From a virus (lineage: Duplodnaviria > Caudoviricetes): a stretch of DNA of 64,000 bases. Positions 37,992-47,608 of this stretch are shown one piece after another. A model generated the notes under the pieces. That model was not told the origin of the DNA. It worked only from the letters and a program-made list of their open reading frames with translations, and did not search any database. Position 1 is the first letter of the stretch. Each line of letters opens with the position of its first letter. The stretch spans positions 64,001 through 128,000 of the IMG/VR virus record IMGVR_UViG_3300033075_001536. The stretch is one strand, 5' to 3'. Made by a program: the position numbers and the translations under genes.

Positions 37992-38348
37992 TCCAATGAT
38001 ATCTCTTATCTCAGCAGCTTCTTCATAGTTCTCGTTTTCAACATATTTATCTAAAATTCTTTCCAAAATATCTTTACGACTTGGCTCATCAATTAGATCG
38101 ATATGTGATACCGAAAATGGGTAAATTCTATTTAGTTTAATATTTTTGTTAATTTCAGATGACCAGTTTTCAACAATGACAATGTATCCACTTTTTTCTT
38201 CAATAGTATATTCACAAGTCATATTATATCTATCGACCATCATCATAAATTTATTAAATGTTAAATCATTTAATATTTTATTGTTATTTTCATCATCACC
38301 ATTTCCTGGTTCCATTCCTAGCATTTTTAATATGTCGTCAATGTTCAT
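37983..38348 (-). CDS. Protein with C-terminal UVR (UvrB/C) motif
   Basis: LDKYVENENYEEAAEIRDII. Confidence 0.75.
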   Translation of the reverse strand: MNIDDILKMLGMEPGNGDDENNNKILNDLTFNKFMMMVDRYNMTCEYTIEEKSGYIVIVENWSSEINKNIKLNRIYPFSVSHIDLIDEPSRKDILERILDKYVENENYEEAAEIRDIIGLM

Positions 38349-38362
38349 AATATCTTATATAT

Positions 38363-39052
38363 CTAGGAGTGATAAGTCGATTTTAGATATTTTGAAATAA
38401 TAATTGCGTCATTGACATCTTCTATTGGTTTTGGTATATTCATTTTATCCAATTCTGATTTATATTCTCTCAGTAGATTGACATATTTATCTTGATAGTT
38501 TTCATTTTCTATAAGTGATAAGTACATTTCTCTTTTTTTGAATGATCCACCACTAATACCTTCGTGGTTTTTACATACAATTTTAGGGTTCTTTTTTCCC
38601 TTAGAAGTGTATGGATAAGTCATCATGCAGGAATTTAACTTTAAGGTGCTAGGAGAATATATTTTTATATTATTGGAGACTTTTTCAAATAATTTTATTC
38701 TCAGTAGTGTTGAATAGGTTACTAAATCAATAAGTGGTCCTGCATTACTGGAGTAACTAAATCCTTCAATTCCGATAACTGTCCCACCTTCTACTAAATT
38801 ATCTAAAATATCATCTATTATTAGATCAGTGACATCATTATAGTCCAATAATTTTGATATTTGTTCATCTGAATAGTTTTTGGATTTGGAGTAGTTGGTA
38901 AATCGATAGGTGATAAGCTCTTCAAATATTTTATACCATTTAGATAGTCCAGATTTGTTGCAAGCTTTGTCTTCCGAAACATAGTTAAAAATTTTATCGT
39001 TAATAATGACAGCTGTTGAGGTTAGTGATGGATCAATGGCTATATAATTCAT
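38363..39052 (-). CDS. ruvC: RuvC-like Holliday junction resolvase
   Basis: IAIDPSLTSTA, IGIEGFSY, PSTLK, EDVNDA. Confidence 0.8.
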   Translation of the reverse strand: MNYIAIDPSLTSTAVIINDKIFNYVSEDKACNKSGLSKWYKIFEELITYRFTNYSKSKNYSDEQISKLLDYNDVTDLIIDDILDNLVEGGTVIGIEGFSYSSNAGPLIDLVTYSTLLRIKLFEKVSNNIKIYSPSTLKLNSCMMTYPYTSKGKKNPKIVCKNHEGISGGSFKKREMYLSLIENENYQDKYVNLLREYKSELDKMNIPKPIEDVNDAIIISKYLKSTYHS

Positions 39053-39076
39053 TCATTATATATACTTTTGAGTATT

Positions 39077-41161
39077 TTACCTTTTTGGTCTATCTCTGTC
39101 TGCCTTTAAATGTGTTCTAACATAGTCAGCAAATTTCTTATATTTTCCGTCTTTTTGTATTTGTAGAGAACTTTCGTCCAATTTAGATCTTCCATCATCC
39201 ACAAACTTCTGTAGCCAATCTAACATATCTTCTTTTTGGGCCTTGGTTAGCTTTCTAGAGTGTCTTAGCCAGTTCATCGGTCTTTGCCAGTTATCTTTAA
39301 GTCCTTTCTCCCAGAACCATTCTATAACACCTTTCTGTCCGTGCTCAGCTGCCCAACAAAGTGGCATATTTTTCTCACCTTTCCAATTTGCTCCATATTC
39401 TATAACTAGTTTGATAGTATCAATGTTTCCTGAACGAGAAGATAATCTTAGAGCTAGTCCATTATCAAAATTTGGATCAAGTCCTTGTTCTAGGCAGTAT
39501 TTAATAGCATCATAGTCATCTGTAATAGATTTGAATACCTCTTGTGTTAACTCAGACCCAGCAGCAACTAAAAGCTTGATCATATCTAGATTACCAGCTT
39601 TACTAATGGTGTGTTCCATTTTATTTCCTTTAGACTGTGCTCTAAAATTCGGATTCGCGCCAAAATCAATTAATAGCTTTGCTTTATTATATGCTTTAAT
39701 TTCTGGTTCGGTTTTCTCAACAGCATCTCCCTGCTCAGCACCCGCAGCCTTTTTATTAGCGTCAACTATTTTTTTATGTTCCTCAACAGCATTGTGTAAA
39801 GCTTGTCCATGTCCTGTATTTGGGTCAGCACCATCTTCAGCAATGTATTTTCTAATTTGCTCAATAGTCAAATTTGGTTTAATCAACTCTCTATTTGCAA
39901 CAACTCTTCTTTTCTTTTGATCAATGTCACTTGGTGACATTGGTGTTAAATGGCTCCATATAGAATTTTTAGGTAACTTAGCTTTAACTTCAAATTGGTT
40001 AAATATTTCTTTACAATTACTTGCAATTCCCTGGTCGTTTTTGGCATGACATGCTCTGATTTTCTGACCAGGTTCAATGGTAATTCCAATGATATGCATG
40101 TTATCAGCCGGTCCTAAGTTAAAGTTATAGATATAATATTGTTTATTATAGTTGTTATCACCACCGACATAGGAATCCCAGTGTCCTACACTATCTTTTA
40201 TACAGTGCGATGTTGATGCATTTAACATTCTATTTGCTGGGAAAGATTTTATCTCTAGAACTAAAATTCCACCTTCATCAAATACGATATCTGCTCCATA
40301 ATCCATCAATTTCTCATTAGCAGCCTCAATGGCTTTGTAAAATTTGGTTTTATTTGAATTGGATAATCCATTGATATAATTTTGTGTTCCTGTTAAAAGC
40401 TCTCTAGCTGTGGTATATCTCTTAACAATTCTCAAGTGGCATCTTTGTAGAGCCCTCTTTTCTTCTTCATCTACATGTCCTGTAAGTGGGTCTTTTCCTA
40501 GATCATCAAATGCTACTGCACAATCAGATATTCCCCTTTTAACAGCAACTGGTGCTTCTAAAATTAGTTTTTTAAGAGCAGCTGGCATTTGATCAATAAA
40601 TCTTTTATATTTTCTATAAATATCTAATTGATTTAAATCATCTAGTAGATGCTCGTTGTTATTGGTAACTTCTGGATCTATATAAGATGCTATTGGTCTT
40701 CTTAGACCAGGTGATCCACCTTCCTGTTTAGCAAAAAGGTCAGTATATTGCATCATTTTATCAAAAAGGGTTTTAATTTCTTCTAAAGGAACTTTTTCAA
40801 CAAAATGGAAATAAACAAATAGATAAGCATATCCAAAATTTCTATCTCCCAAAATTTCTTTTATTTTGGCAAAATCTGGATGTCTTTCAATTTGCTTAAT
40901 TTCTTGTTCCGATAGTTTTAATTTCCAAATTTCTTGTTTAATATCAGCCTGTACATTTTCTGGAAAGTCGGTAATTTTTAAATTACCCATTCCGGTTTTT
41001 AGATCTTCTTTTTGCTCATAGCTTAACCCATTAGCATATTTAGAAAATACCTTATATGATACATATCTATCTTTTAAAAATTTTTTAGATTGTTGAATAT
41101 TTTCATTGATGAAGTCAACATCTGGTGATTTTATAAATCCATTATATTTCAGTAATTGCAT
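39077..41161 (-). CDS. Ankyrin-repeat protein with tag-like N-terminus
   Basis: GADPN, ALRLSSRSGNIDTIKLVIEYGAN, PLCWAAEHG. Confidence 0.8.
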   Translation of the reverse strand: MQLLKYNGFIKSPDVDFINENIQQSKKFLKDRYVSYKVFSKYANGLSYEQKEDLKTGMGNLKITDFPENVQADIKQEIWKLKLSEQEIKQIERHPDFAKIKEILGDRNFGYAYLFVYFHFVEKVPLEEIKTLFDKMMQYTDLFAKQEGGSPGLRRPIASYIDPEVTNNNEHLLDDLNQLDIYRKYKRFIDQMPAALKKLILEAPVAVKRGISDCAVAFDDLGKDPLTGHVDEEEKRALQRCHLRIVKRYTTARELLTGTQNYINGLSNSNKTKFYKAIEAANEKLMDYGADIVFDEGGILVLEIKSFPANRMLNASTSHCIKDSVGHWDSYVGGDNNYNKQYYIYNFNLGPADNMHIIGITIEPGQKIRACHAKNDQGIASNCKEIFNQFEVKAKLPKNSIWSHLTPMSPSDIDQKKRRVVANRELIKPNLTIEQIRKYIAEDGADPNTGHGQALHNAVEEHKKIVDANKKAAGAEQGDAVEKTEPEIKAYNKAKLLIDFGANPNFRAQSKGNKMEHTISKAGNLDMIKLLVAAGSELTQEVFKSITDDYDAIKYCLEQGLDPNFDNGLALRLSSRSGNIDTIKLVIEYGANWKGEKNMPLCWAAEHGQKGVIEWFWEKGLKDNWQRPMNWLRHSRKLTKAQKEDMLDWLQKFVDDGRSKLDESSLQIQKDGKYKKFADYVRTHLKADRDRPKR

Positions 41162-41171
41162 GACTTATATA

Positions 41172-42635
41172 TTATTGTTTTAAAACTCTTTTTATTTCAG
41201 ATTCATATATTTTCCACATTAAATTTTCCTTTACTTTAATGAAGGGTGATATTTTTTTAACTGTTTCAAAATCACCATTATCTAGTGCTGTATCTAAGAT
41301 ATCCTGTAATTGGCTTTTACGCATGCTTGAATAATCCACTTCTTTGGTTTCCTCAGGAGTTTCCTGAACTTCTTCAGCTTCTGGAGTTTCCGATTTTGGC
41401 TCATCCTCATAGTCTGGAAGAACTTGCTGAAGTTCCCATTTATCTAACTCGTTTATAACGAGACTAACAAGTCCATCTACCTTTGTTCTAGCATCAGCAG
41501 TTTTTGATAATATTCCTTTCATTAAAGCTAAAAATTCTCTAGCTGGCATTTCTATCATTTTACCATATACATGCTCTCTTAAATTTGGATATTTGTCAAT
41601 TTCTCTGTTTTGATTGATGAAATCTCTCAAATCGGCAGCTATTTTTGGACCATATCTAAAATCTTCAGCCTCATCAGCTAGTGTGTCTGTATTTAGGAAA
41701 GTTATTTCGGCTGTTCTTGGATCTTGTGGAATTCCTTTAGCAGATATTACTTCATATAATCCTTTTATAGTTTCATGAATTAGCATTGGGAAATCAATTC
41801 CTCTTGCTTTTATACAAGGTCCTGTTGGTTCATCTTCTTCCTTTTCATCCTCATCTTTAGGTTTTTCTTCCTCTGCCTCATATTCTTTTGGCTCTTTTGG
41901 TTCCCAGTCCACTTTAACAGCACCAGCAAATCCTTCTGGTTGCTCTTCCATCATCTGTGCTTTCACATCAATTGGAACAACCCAATCTAATTTTTCTGCG
42001 GTGTCGGTTATTCTGTTCCAAATATCTAAAATTCTATTTGCTGTTTGATCACCATATATTTCAACTAATTTTTCACGAACCATTTCATGATGAAGCATAT
42101 GCTTTGCATTTTTAGCTTCTCCTTGCTGAATATTGTTGGCTATTTTTCTTTTATGAATTTCTGCTCTTACTTCAGCATCTCTTAACTCTTGGTAGGTTGG
42201 CATTTCACATTGTTCACATTCCTCATCTTTCATAAATTGACCAACTTTATTTGGTCCAAGTAGTTTTATATCTAGTTCGACATCTTGTAAAATTTCTGGA
42301 TAATGCAATCTAATTAGGTCTTCTGCAAGTTGCTCAAGTTGTGTAAATCTTTGTTGAACTTGTTGCTTTTGGTTTCTTGATCCACCTCCACCGTAAAATG
42401 TTTGAGGATTAATAATATCTCCGATCATAAGTTGCATATTTTGTTCAACAAGACCCATTATCTCTCTACCATATCTCATGGCAAGCATTTGATTGTCAAT
42501 GCCACCTGCTTTTCTACGACCTTCTTCTTCAGTGTCTCGCAAGTAATTTCCACTTCTATCACCAGCTTCACCAGGAATAGCAGGATTTCCTTTAATGGTA
42601 ATTTCCTCTTTTACAAATTGTGTATATTTTCTCAT
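41172..42635 (-). CDS. Tagged hypothetical protein, likely virion-associated
   Basis: MRKYTQFVKEE; FPMLIHE..KG; C-terminal ALDNGDFE. Confidence 0.75.
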   Translation of the reverse strand: MRKYTQFVKEEITIKGNPAIPGEAGDRSGNYLRDTEEEGRRKAGGIDNQMLAMRYGREIMGLVEQNMQLMIGDIINPQTFYGGGGSRNQKQQVQQRFTQLEQLAEDLIRLHYPEILQDVELDIKLLGPNKVGQFMKDEECEQCEMPTYQELRDAEVRAEIHKRKIANNIQQGEAKNAKHMLHHEMVREKLVEIYGDQTANRILDIWNRITDTAEKLDWVVPIDVKAQMMEEQPEGFAGAVKVDWEPKEPKEYEAEEEKPKDEDEKEEDEPTGPCIKARGIDFPMLIHETIKGLYEVISAKGIPQDPRTAEITFLNTDTLADEAEDFRYGPKIAADLRDFINQNREIDKYPNLREHVYGKMIEMPAREFLALMKGILSKTADARTKVDGLVSLVINELDKWELQQVLPDYEDEPKSETPEAEEVQETPEETKEVDYSSMRKSQLQDILDTALDNGDFETVKKISPFIKVKENLMWKIYESEIKRVLKQ

Positions 42636-42637
42636 AT

Positions 42638-42904
42638 TTATTTTAAATATTTTTCAATGTCTTCACCTTCTTCATCCATTAAAGCAATAAATCTTTCAGC
42701 TACTTCTTTTTCAGTAGATTTCTTTTTTGCTTTTGGGCCTGGTGCAACACTTGGCTTGTCCCTTCTTACTGGACTAGGTCTCTTACCCGGATCTTGCCTT
42801 CTACCTGGCTCAGTTGGAGTAGTGGATGGTTTTGTTCCTGGTGAAGGAGCTGGCGCTGGTTGAGCTTCCTCATTGAACTTATCAAATTTTTTTATAAATC
42901 TCAT
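42638..42904 (-). CDS. Tagged small Pro-rich protein
   Basis: MRFIKKFDKFNEE-AQPAPAPSPG... Confidence 0.75.
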   Translation of the reverse strand: MRFIKKFDKFNEEAQPAPAPSPGTKPSTTPTEPGRRQDPGKRPSPVRRDKPSVAPGPKAKKKSTEKEVAERFIALMDEEGEDIEKYLK

Positions 42905-42989
42905 TTTAAGTGGATTATTTTTATTTCTTTATATATAAAATTTTTTAAATAGAAAAATTCTTTGTTAGTAATATTTTATATATAAAGAA

Positions 42990-44069
42990 ATGAGTAATTC
43001 AAAATTTAAAGTAAACGAAAGATTTGGTGTGGCTGAGCCAACATTATATTATGTTGATCCAATTTTTGATAAGATTTTTGGAAGATTACATAAAATGATG
43101 ACTGGTGATAAGACTTTTTATAGAAGGACAGTTACTTTAAAATATGCGGATGTTCGAACTAATGTAAAAAGTAGGCAGTTATATGCTGAATTTCCAGTAA
43201 TTGGAATTGAGCTCGAACTTGATTTTGATAAAGTAAAAGCTGAAGATTTTGAAAAAAAGTATGGAAAAGATAAAAAAATAAATATTGTTGGTCTTGCTTC
43301 TGGATATGGTGCTAAAATGTTTAGTGGTGATCCAAAAATTACTAATCCAATTAAACAAGTTGTCAATGAGGAAGGAATAGTTCTTATTCTAGGTATTGAA
43401 ATAAAAGCTAGCTCTTCTTTAAATATGTCGGATAAGTCAGATGCTTATGATGTGGCTAATGAAATTAGATCTTTAATTTGGCACGAGCTTAATCACTGTT
43501 ATGAATATTATAAAAGATTGGACGGAAAAGAGCCAAAAACATACACCAAATGGGTTAAGACCGCATTAACTTGTGCATCAGTGGATGCCAATACATGGAA
43601 ATTTGGTAAAAGTATTTATGATTTCTGGGAAAAGAATTTTACCTACTATATTTATTTTACAGAACCTCATGAAATGCGAGCGGAGATTCAGGAAATTGGT
43701 CACCATATACAAAAGATGGGAATAGATGGTTATAAAAATAGTAAAATATGGAAAGATATTGAATATATGGAAAAATTTAATCCAAGTGCTTTTCATAGAA
43801 GTTTATTAAGACTAGTTAGTGAAAAAATACCTAAATATCTTGGAACTGAAAGAGCTACAGCTAGAAGACTTAAAGATATGTGGGTAGAAGTTTATAAAAA
43901 ACAATTGAAGGAACAAAAGCAAACCGATAAAATTGATATTAAAAGTATTGAAAAAATGAGGGCTATGGAGTTTCTGAAATTTTGGGATAAAAGATTTAAA
44001 GAGAGATCAAAATACATGAAAAGAAAAGTTATGATTTTAGCATCTCATATAAAACAAGAAGGATTTTAA
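42990..44069 (+). CDS. Zincin-like (HExxH) protein
   Basis: IWHELNHCYE...Y....E..A. Confidence 0.65.
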   Translation: MSNSKFKVNERFGVAEPTLYYVDPIFDKIFGRLHKMMTGDKTFYRRTVTLKYADVRTNVKSRQLYAEFPVIGIELELDFDKVKAEDFEKKYGKDKKINIVGLASGYGAKMFSGDPKITNPIKQVVNEEGIVLILGIEIKASSSLNMSDKSDAYDVANEIRSLIWHELNHCYEYYKRLDGKEPKTYTKWVKTALTCASVDANTWKFGKSIYDFWEKNFTYYIYFTEPHEMRAEIQEIGHHIQKMGIDGYKNSKIWKDIEYMEKFNPSAFHRSLLRLVSEKIPKYLGTERATARRLKDMWVEVYKKQLKEQKQTDKIDIKSIEKMRAMEFLKFWDKRFKERSKYMKRKVMILASHIKQEGF

Positions 44070-44071
44070 TT

Positions 44072-44596
44072 ATGAAATATTTAAGAAAATTTGGTGAAAA
44101 ATTTGAAATTTCCGATGAACAAGAATCTGAATTAATGAATATTTTTTCTGAGCGTGGTTGGAACTTGGTTGATCATAGAGTTGAGTTCTATGAAAATCCA
44201 AATAAAAATCTTTCTGGAAAATCTGGAACCATTAAAAGTGTTAAGAGTGAAGTAGCAACGGTTGATATAGACGGTAAGGAATATCAGGTTCCTTTTAATG
44301 AATTATTGGATAAAAATTTGGCAAAAATATATAGAAAGGAATCTCCTTTTAAGTCGGGTCCGGGGTTTGAGTATAAAACTATTGATGACTATCCACAAAG
44401 TGTTCGACTAATTTATAATAGACTTACTCCAGATCAAAAGAAATTTGTGGATGATAATGTTGAAAAATTTGCTAAAGTGGCTAAGAAGATGTTTTATAAA
44501 GGTGATAAAGATTGGAAAAAGTTCTTTACTAAAGAAACCAAAAAAATAGATAGTTTATCTGAATTGATAAATTCAATGAATAGTTATATGATATGA
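44072..44596 (+). CDS. Tagged hypothetical protein
   Basis: MKYLRKFGEKFE; KOW/SH3-like GKSGTIK..V.VDIDG. Confidence 0.72.
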   Translation: MKYLRKFGEKFEISDEQESELMNIFSERGWNLVDHRVEFYENPNKNLSGKSGTIKSVKSEVATVDIDGKEYQVPFNELLDKNLAKIYRKESPFKSGPGFEYKTIDDYPQSVRLIYNRLTPDQKKFVDDNVEKFAKVAKKMFYKGDKDWKKFFTKETKKIDSLSELINSMNSYMI

Positions 44597-45063
44597 GGAA
44601 ATTTAGTAAAATATCGGAAAGTGTTGAATTTAAGAAATTTAAAGTTTCTGCTAGTATAGATATTTTAGTAGAAGCTGAGAGTGAGGGAGATGCTGGATAT
44701 CAATCTGATTCTATTTTAGGTGGGATTGAAGAACAAATAGATTTTAGAATTAATAATATTGAGGAAATTTCTGAAGAGGAATTTAAAAAATTAACTGAAA
44801 ATATGGAATTCAAAAAAGATCAATCTTGGGAAGAAAAAAATGACAAATTGGTGAAGACATTCCAATTTGAGGATTTTAAATCATCTATTAAATTTATCAA
44901 TCATGTTGCTGATATAGCAAATGCTACAAATCATCACCCTGAAATAAATAATATATATGATAAGGTAACTATTAAATTATCTACACATGATGCTGGTAAT
45001 AAAGTTACAGATAAAGATAAAAGAATGTCTCAAAAAATAGATTCATTATGGAAACAAATTTAA
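44593..45063 (+). CDS. Pterin-4a-carbinolamine dehydratase-like domain fused to an acidic tagged leader
   Basis: KTFQFEDF, NHHPEI, LSTHDAG..VTDKD. Confidence 0.85.
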   Translation: MRKFSKISESVEFKKFKVSASIDILVEAESEGDAGYQSDSILGGIEEQIDFRINNIEEISEEEFKKLTENMEFKKDQSWEEKNDKLVKTFQFEDFKSSIKFINHVADIANATNHHPEINNIYDKVTIKLSTHDAGNKVTDKDKRMSQKIDSLWKQI

Positions 45064-45608
45064 AAATACCAAATGGCTTTAAAAATATTGCCGTACCTTC
45101 GGTTGCTGTCTTATCTAAAGACGATTTAAAACAAGTAAGTAATGGTGTAGAGCCAAAGATAGATAATAAACAAATATGTCCATCTTTTTTGATGGGTGTT
45201 GATCATCCAAATTTAGAAAAAGGACCTGATTCGGTTTCAAAATTCTTTTCAAAGTTATTTGAAGCTCGTCAAATGGCACATATATTTCATTTACAAGTAA
45301 ATGGCCAACCAGGATCTGGATGGGAACATACTGCACTTGGAGATTTTTATGAAAAATTATTGGAATTTACAGATGATATTATAGAAACCTATCAAGGGCA
45401 ATATGGAATTGTAGAAGGATATGAGATGATTGATACTAGCGCTACAAGAGATTATAACTCTTTAAAATATTTACAATCATTGGTTGAATTTATAAAGAAA
45501 GAGAGATATAATTGTTTATCTGAAGAAGATTCGCACCTACAAAATATTGTGGATGAAATTGTTGCTCTTGTTTATAAGACTATTTATAAACTAACCTACA
45601 TGAAATGA
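45048..45608 (+). CDS. Ferritin/Dps-like (DUF5856-type) protein
   Basis: HIFHLQ, EH.ALG.FYE, D.IIE.YQG.YG, LQNIVDEI, YKL. Confidence 0.75.
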   Translation: METNLKIPNGFKNIAVPSVAVLSKDDLKQVSNGVEPKIDNKQICPSFLMGVDHPNLEKGPDSVSKFFSKLFEARQMAHIFHLQVNGQPGSGWEHTALGDFYEKLLEFTDDIIETYQGQYGIVEGYEMIDTSATRDYNSLKYLQSLVEFIKKERYNCLSEEDSHLQNIVDEIVALVYKTIYKLTYMK

Positions 45609-46246
45609 AATTTGTTAAGAGATTTGAATCCATTTATGGAAATTTTGAAGAAAAAGATGTTTCTTTAGAAAGGATGTTGTATTTAATTTGTGTTGCAAAC
45701 GATGATTGTGTATATGATGCTCCTGGTCCAGAAATTGCTCACCATGAAATATATGAGGGAGATTTTCCAATATTGAACTCAATTATGGATGATAACAATA
45801 GTGATTTTTTAATGGAGGATATAACTAAAGATATTTCAGGAGTTATAAAAAAATTATCCGACAAAGAAAAAAATAATATCAAAGAATTATATCATAAGTT
45901 AAATAGAACATATCGATTGGAAAAGTTCATTACAATAGATGATATTAAAGAATTAACTTATGATTTAGTTGATTCTGGATTTGAGTTGGAGTGGAAAATT
46001 TGGTGTGCTAAATTTAAAACTCCTAATGGATATTTTTCTTCTTTGAAAAACTTCCCAACCACAGAAATAGATATTAAATTCTCTTGTGATGAGGAATTGG
46101 ATAAATATTTTAACATGTCTGAAGATATCCAAACTTTAATAGAGAGACTAAGAGATAGCTACCAGGTTGATTTTAAAATAAGGCCTCATGGCAATACCAA
46201 TCTACCAATGATATCTTATAAAATTACTATTAGTAACAAGGATTAA
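45605..46246 (+). CDS. Tagged hypothetical protein, paralogous family
   Basis: MKFVKRFES; DDIKELTYDLVDSGF...IERL. Confidence 0.75.
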   Translation: MKFVKRFESIYGNFEEKDVSLERMLYLICVANDDCVYDAPGPEIAHHEIYEGDFPILNSIMDDNNSDFLMEDITKDISGVIKKLSDKEKNNIKELYHKLNRTYRLEKFITIDDIKELTYDLVDSGFELEWKIWCAKFKTPNGYFSSLKNFPTTEIDIKFSCDEELDKYFNMSEDIQTLIERLRDSYQVDFKIRPHGNTNLPMISYKITISNKD

Positions 46247-46548
46247 TATAGGAACTGACTTCCTTTATCGTTATAATTCTTCATATTATTTGCAACATTA
46301 TCTATGTTGGATAAAGAATCGGATATATTTTTACTAATTAATTGTAAATTGGCAATAGAGTCATCAATTTGATCATTTGATTTTTTAGAATCTGACTGAA
46401 AATTATTTAATTCGTTTAAAAGTCCGTCAATATATTCCAATTTTAATTTAAAAAATTGTGCCATTTTTACCATCTCATCTTCGATATCACTGACTCTATC
46501 TGGAGATAATTGCATTTGAGCTTCGTTAAATGGTTTAAGATGTTTCAT
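46243..46548 (-). CDS. Tagged coiled-coil protein
   Basis: MKHLKPFNE; heptad pattern. Confidence 0.75.
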   Translation of the reverse strand: MKHLKPFNEAQMQLSPDRVSDIEDEMVKMAQFFKLKLEYIDGLLNELNNFQSDSKKSNDQIDDSIANLQLISKNISDSLSNIDNVANNMKNYNDKGSQFLY

Positions 46549-46559
46549 TGATTTATATA

Positions 46560-46895
46560 TTAAAATTTTGACTCAATTTTAACCACTTTTATATTTATGT
46601 AGTATCCGTGATGTTGTCCACCTATTTTTAGATAACACTTTAATCCAATTTCTTCCAATCTATCATTTATCTCTTCTAAATATGGAATCATTTGACTATG
46701 GAATCTACCAAGTACTTTCCTATCATTGGATTCAAATTTGCTCCTGTAAATAATAGTTTTAGTTGCTTTTATGTAGATTTTTTCCAAACCAAGTTGTGGA
46801 AAATCATCCAGCAATTCTTGAAAGATATCATCAATGTCCACATTTCTGCTAACACCATTATTTATTTTAGATTCAAATAATTTTAAATATCTCAT
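46560..46895 (-). CDS. Tagged hypothetical protein, paralogous family
   Basis: MRYLKLFES; DIDDIFQELLDD...DRLEEIG. Confidence 0.78.
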   Translation of the reverse strand: MRYLKLFESKINNGVSRNVDIDDIFQELLDDFPQLGLEKIYIKATKTIIYRSKFESNDRKVLGRFHSQMIPYLEEINDRLEEIGLKCYLKIGGQHHGYYINIKVVKIESKF

Positions 46896-46933
46896 ATCCT
46901 ATTTATTAAATATATTTTTTAATATATACACCA

Positions 46934-47608
46934 ATGTCAAAGTATTTAATATGTGAGTTTAATGAGTTTACAAACATGAGAATGAACCCAGATTCGGTTC
47001 AATCATCTGTTCATGTAGATGATCCACAATTATCTATCAATGCTTTTGATAAGCATCAAGATGCTATTCGTCAAGCTCTTTCAAGAATAGATGGTATTTT
47101 ACATTCTTTATCAAATTCTAATCAGTATAAGTTTTTAAAGGGTAAATTAGGATTAGAGGATCAAAATATCACCAATATGAGAATTATTCGTATTGTTAAA
47201 TCTGGAGTTAGTTATGATGTTTATATTTCATTCACCATTAACAATGAAAATGAATATTGGGGAGTAATTAAAAATATTCTTTCACTTAATCCAGAGGTAA
47301 TATCTGAAGTATTTAAGGACGGTGATTTGGTGCAGACAAAGGAGTGGGTAATTAAAACTAAGGGACTTTTACTAAAAGTGATTAGAAATTTTTTAAAACC
47401 GGATCCAGGAAAATGGAAGCTAATTAATGATAGCATCACCTGTTATTCTTTAGAAACTGGAAAGCTAATGAAAATGGACAAAGGCGCTGAAGTGGAGGTT
47501 CTAAAATGTTATGATGATTTAATTATAATAAAATACGATAATATTAAATATTCACTTCATGGTGATAACTATGTTTATTTTAATTATTGGTTTGAAAAAT
47601 TAATCTAA
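46934..47608 (+). CDS. Hypothetical protein with tag-like start
   Basis: MSKYLICEFNEF; AATATATA upstream. Confidence 0.75.
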   Translation: MSKYLICEFNEFTNMRMNPDSVQSSVHVDDPQLSINAFDKHQDAIRQALSRIDGILHSLSNSNQYKFLKGKLGLEDQNITNMRIIRIVKSGVSYDVYISFTINNENEYWGVIKNILSLNPEVISEVFKDGDLVQTKEWVIKTKGLLLKVIRNFLKPDPGKWKLINDSITCYSLETGKLMKMDKGAEVEVLKCYDDLIIIKYDNIKYSLHGDNYVYFNYWFEKLI

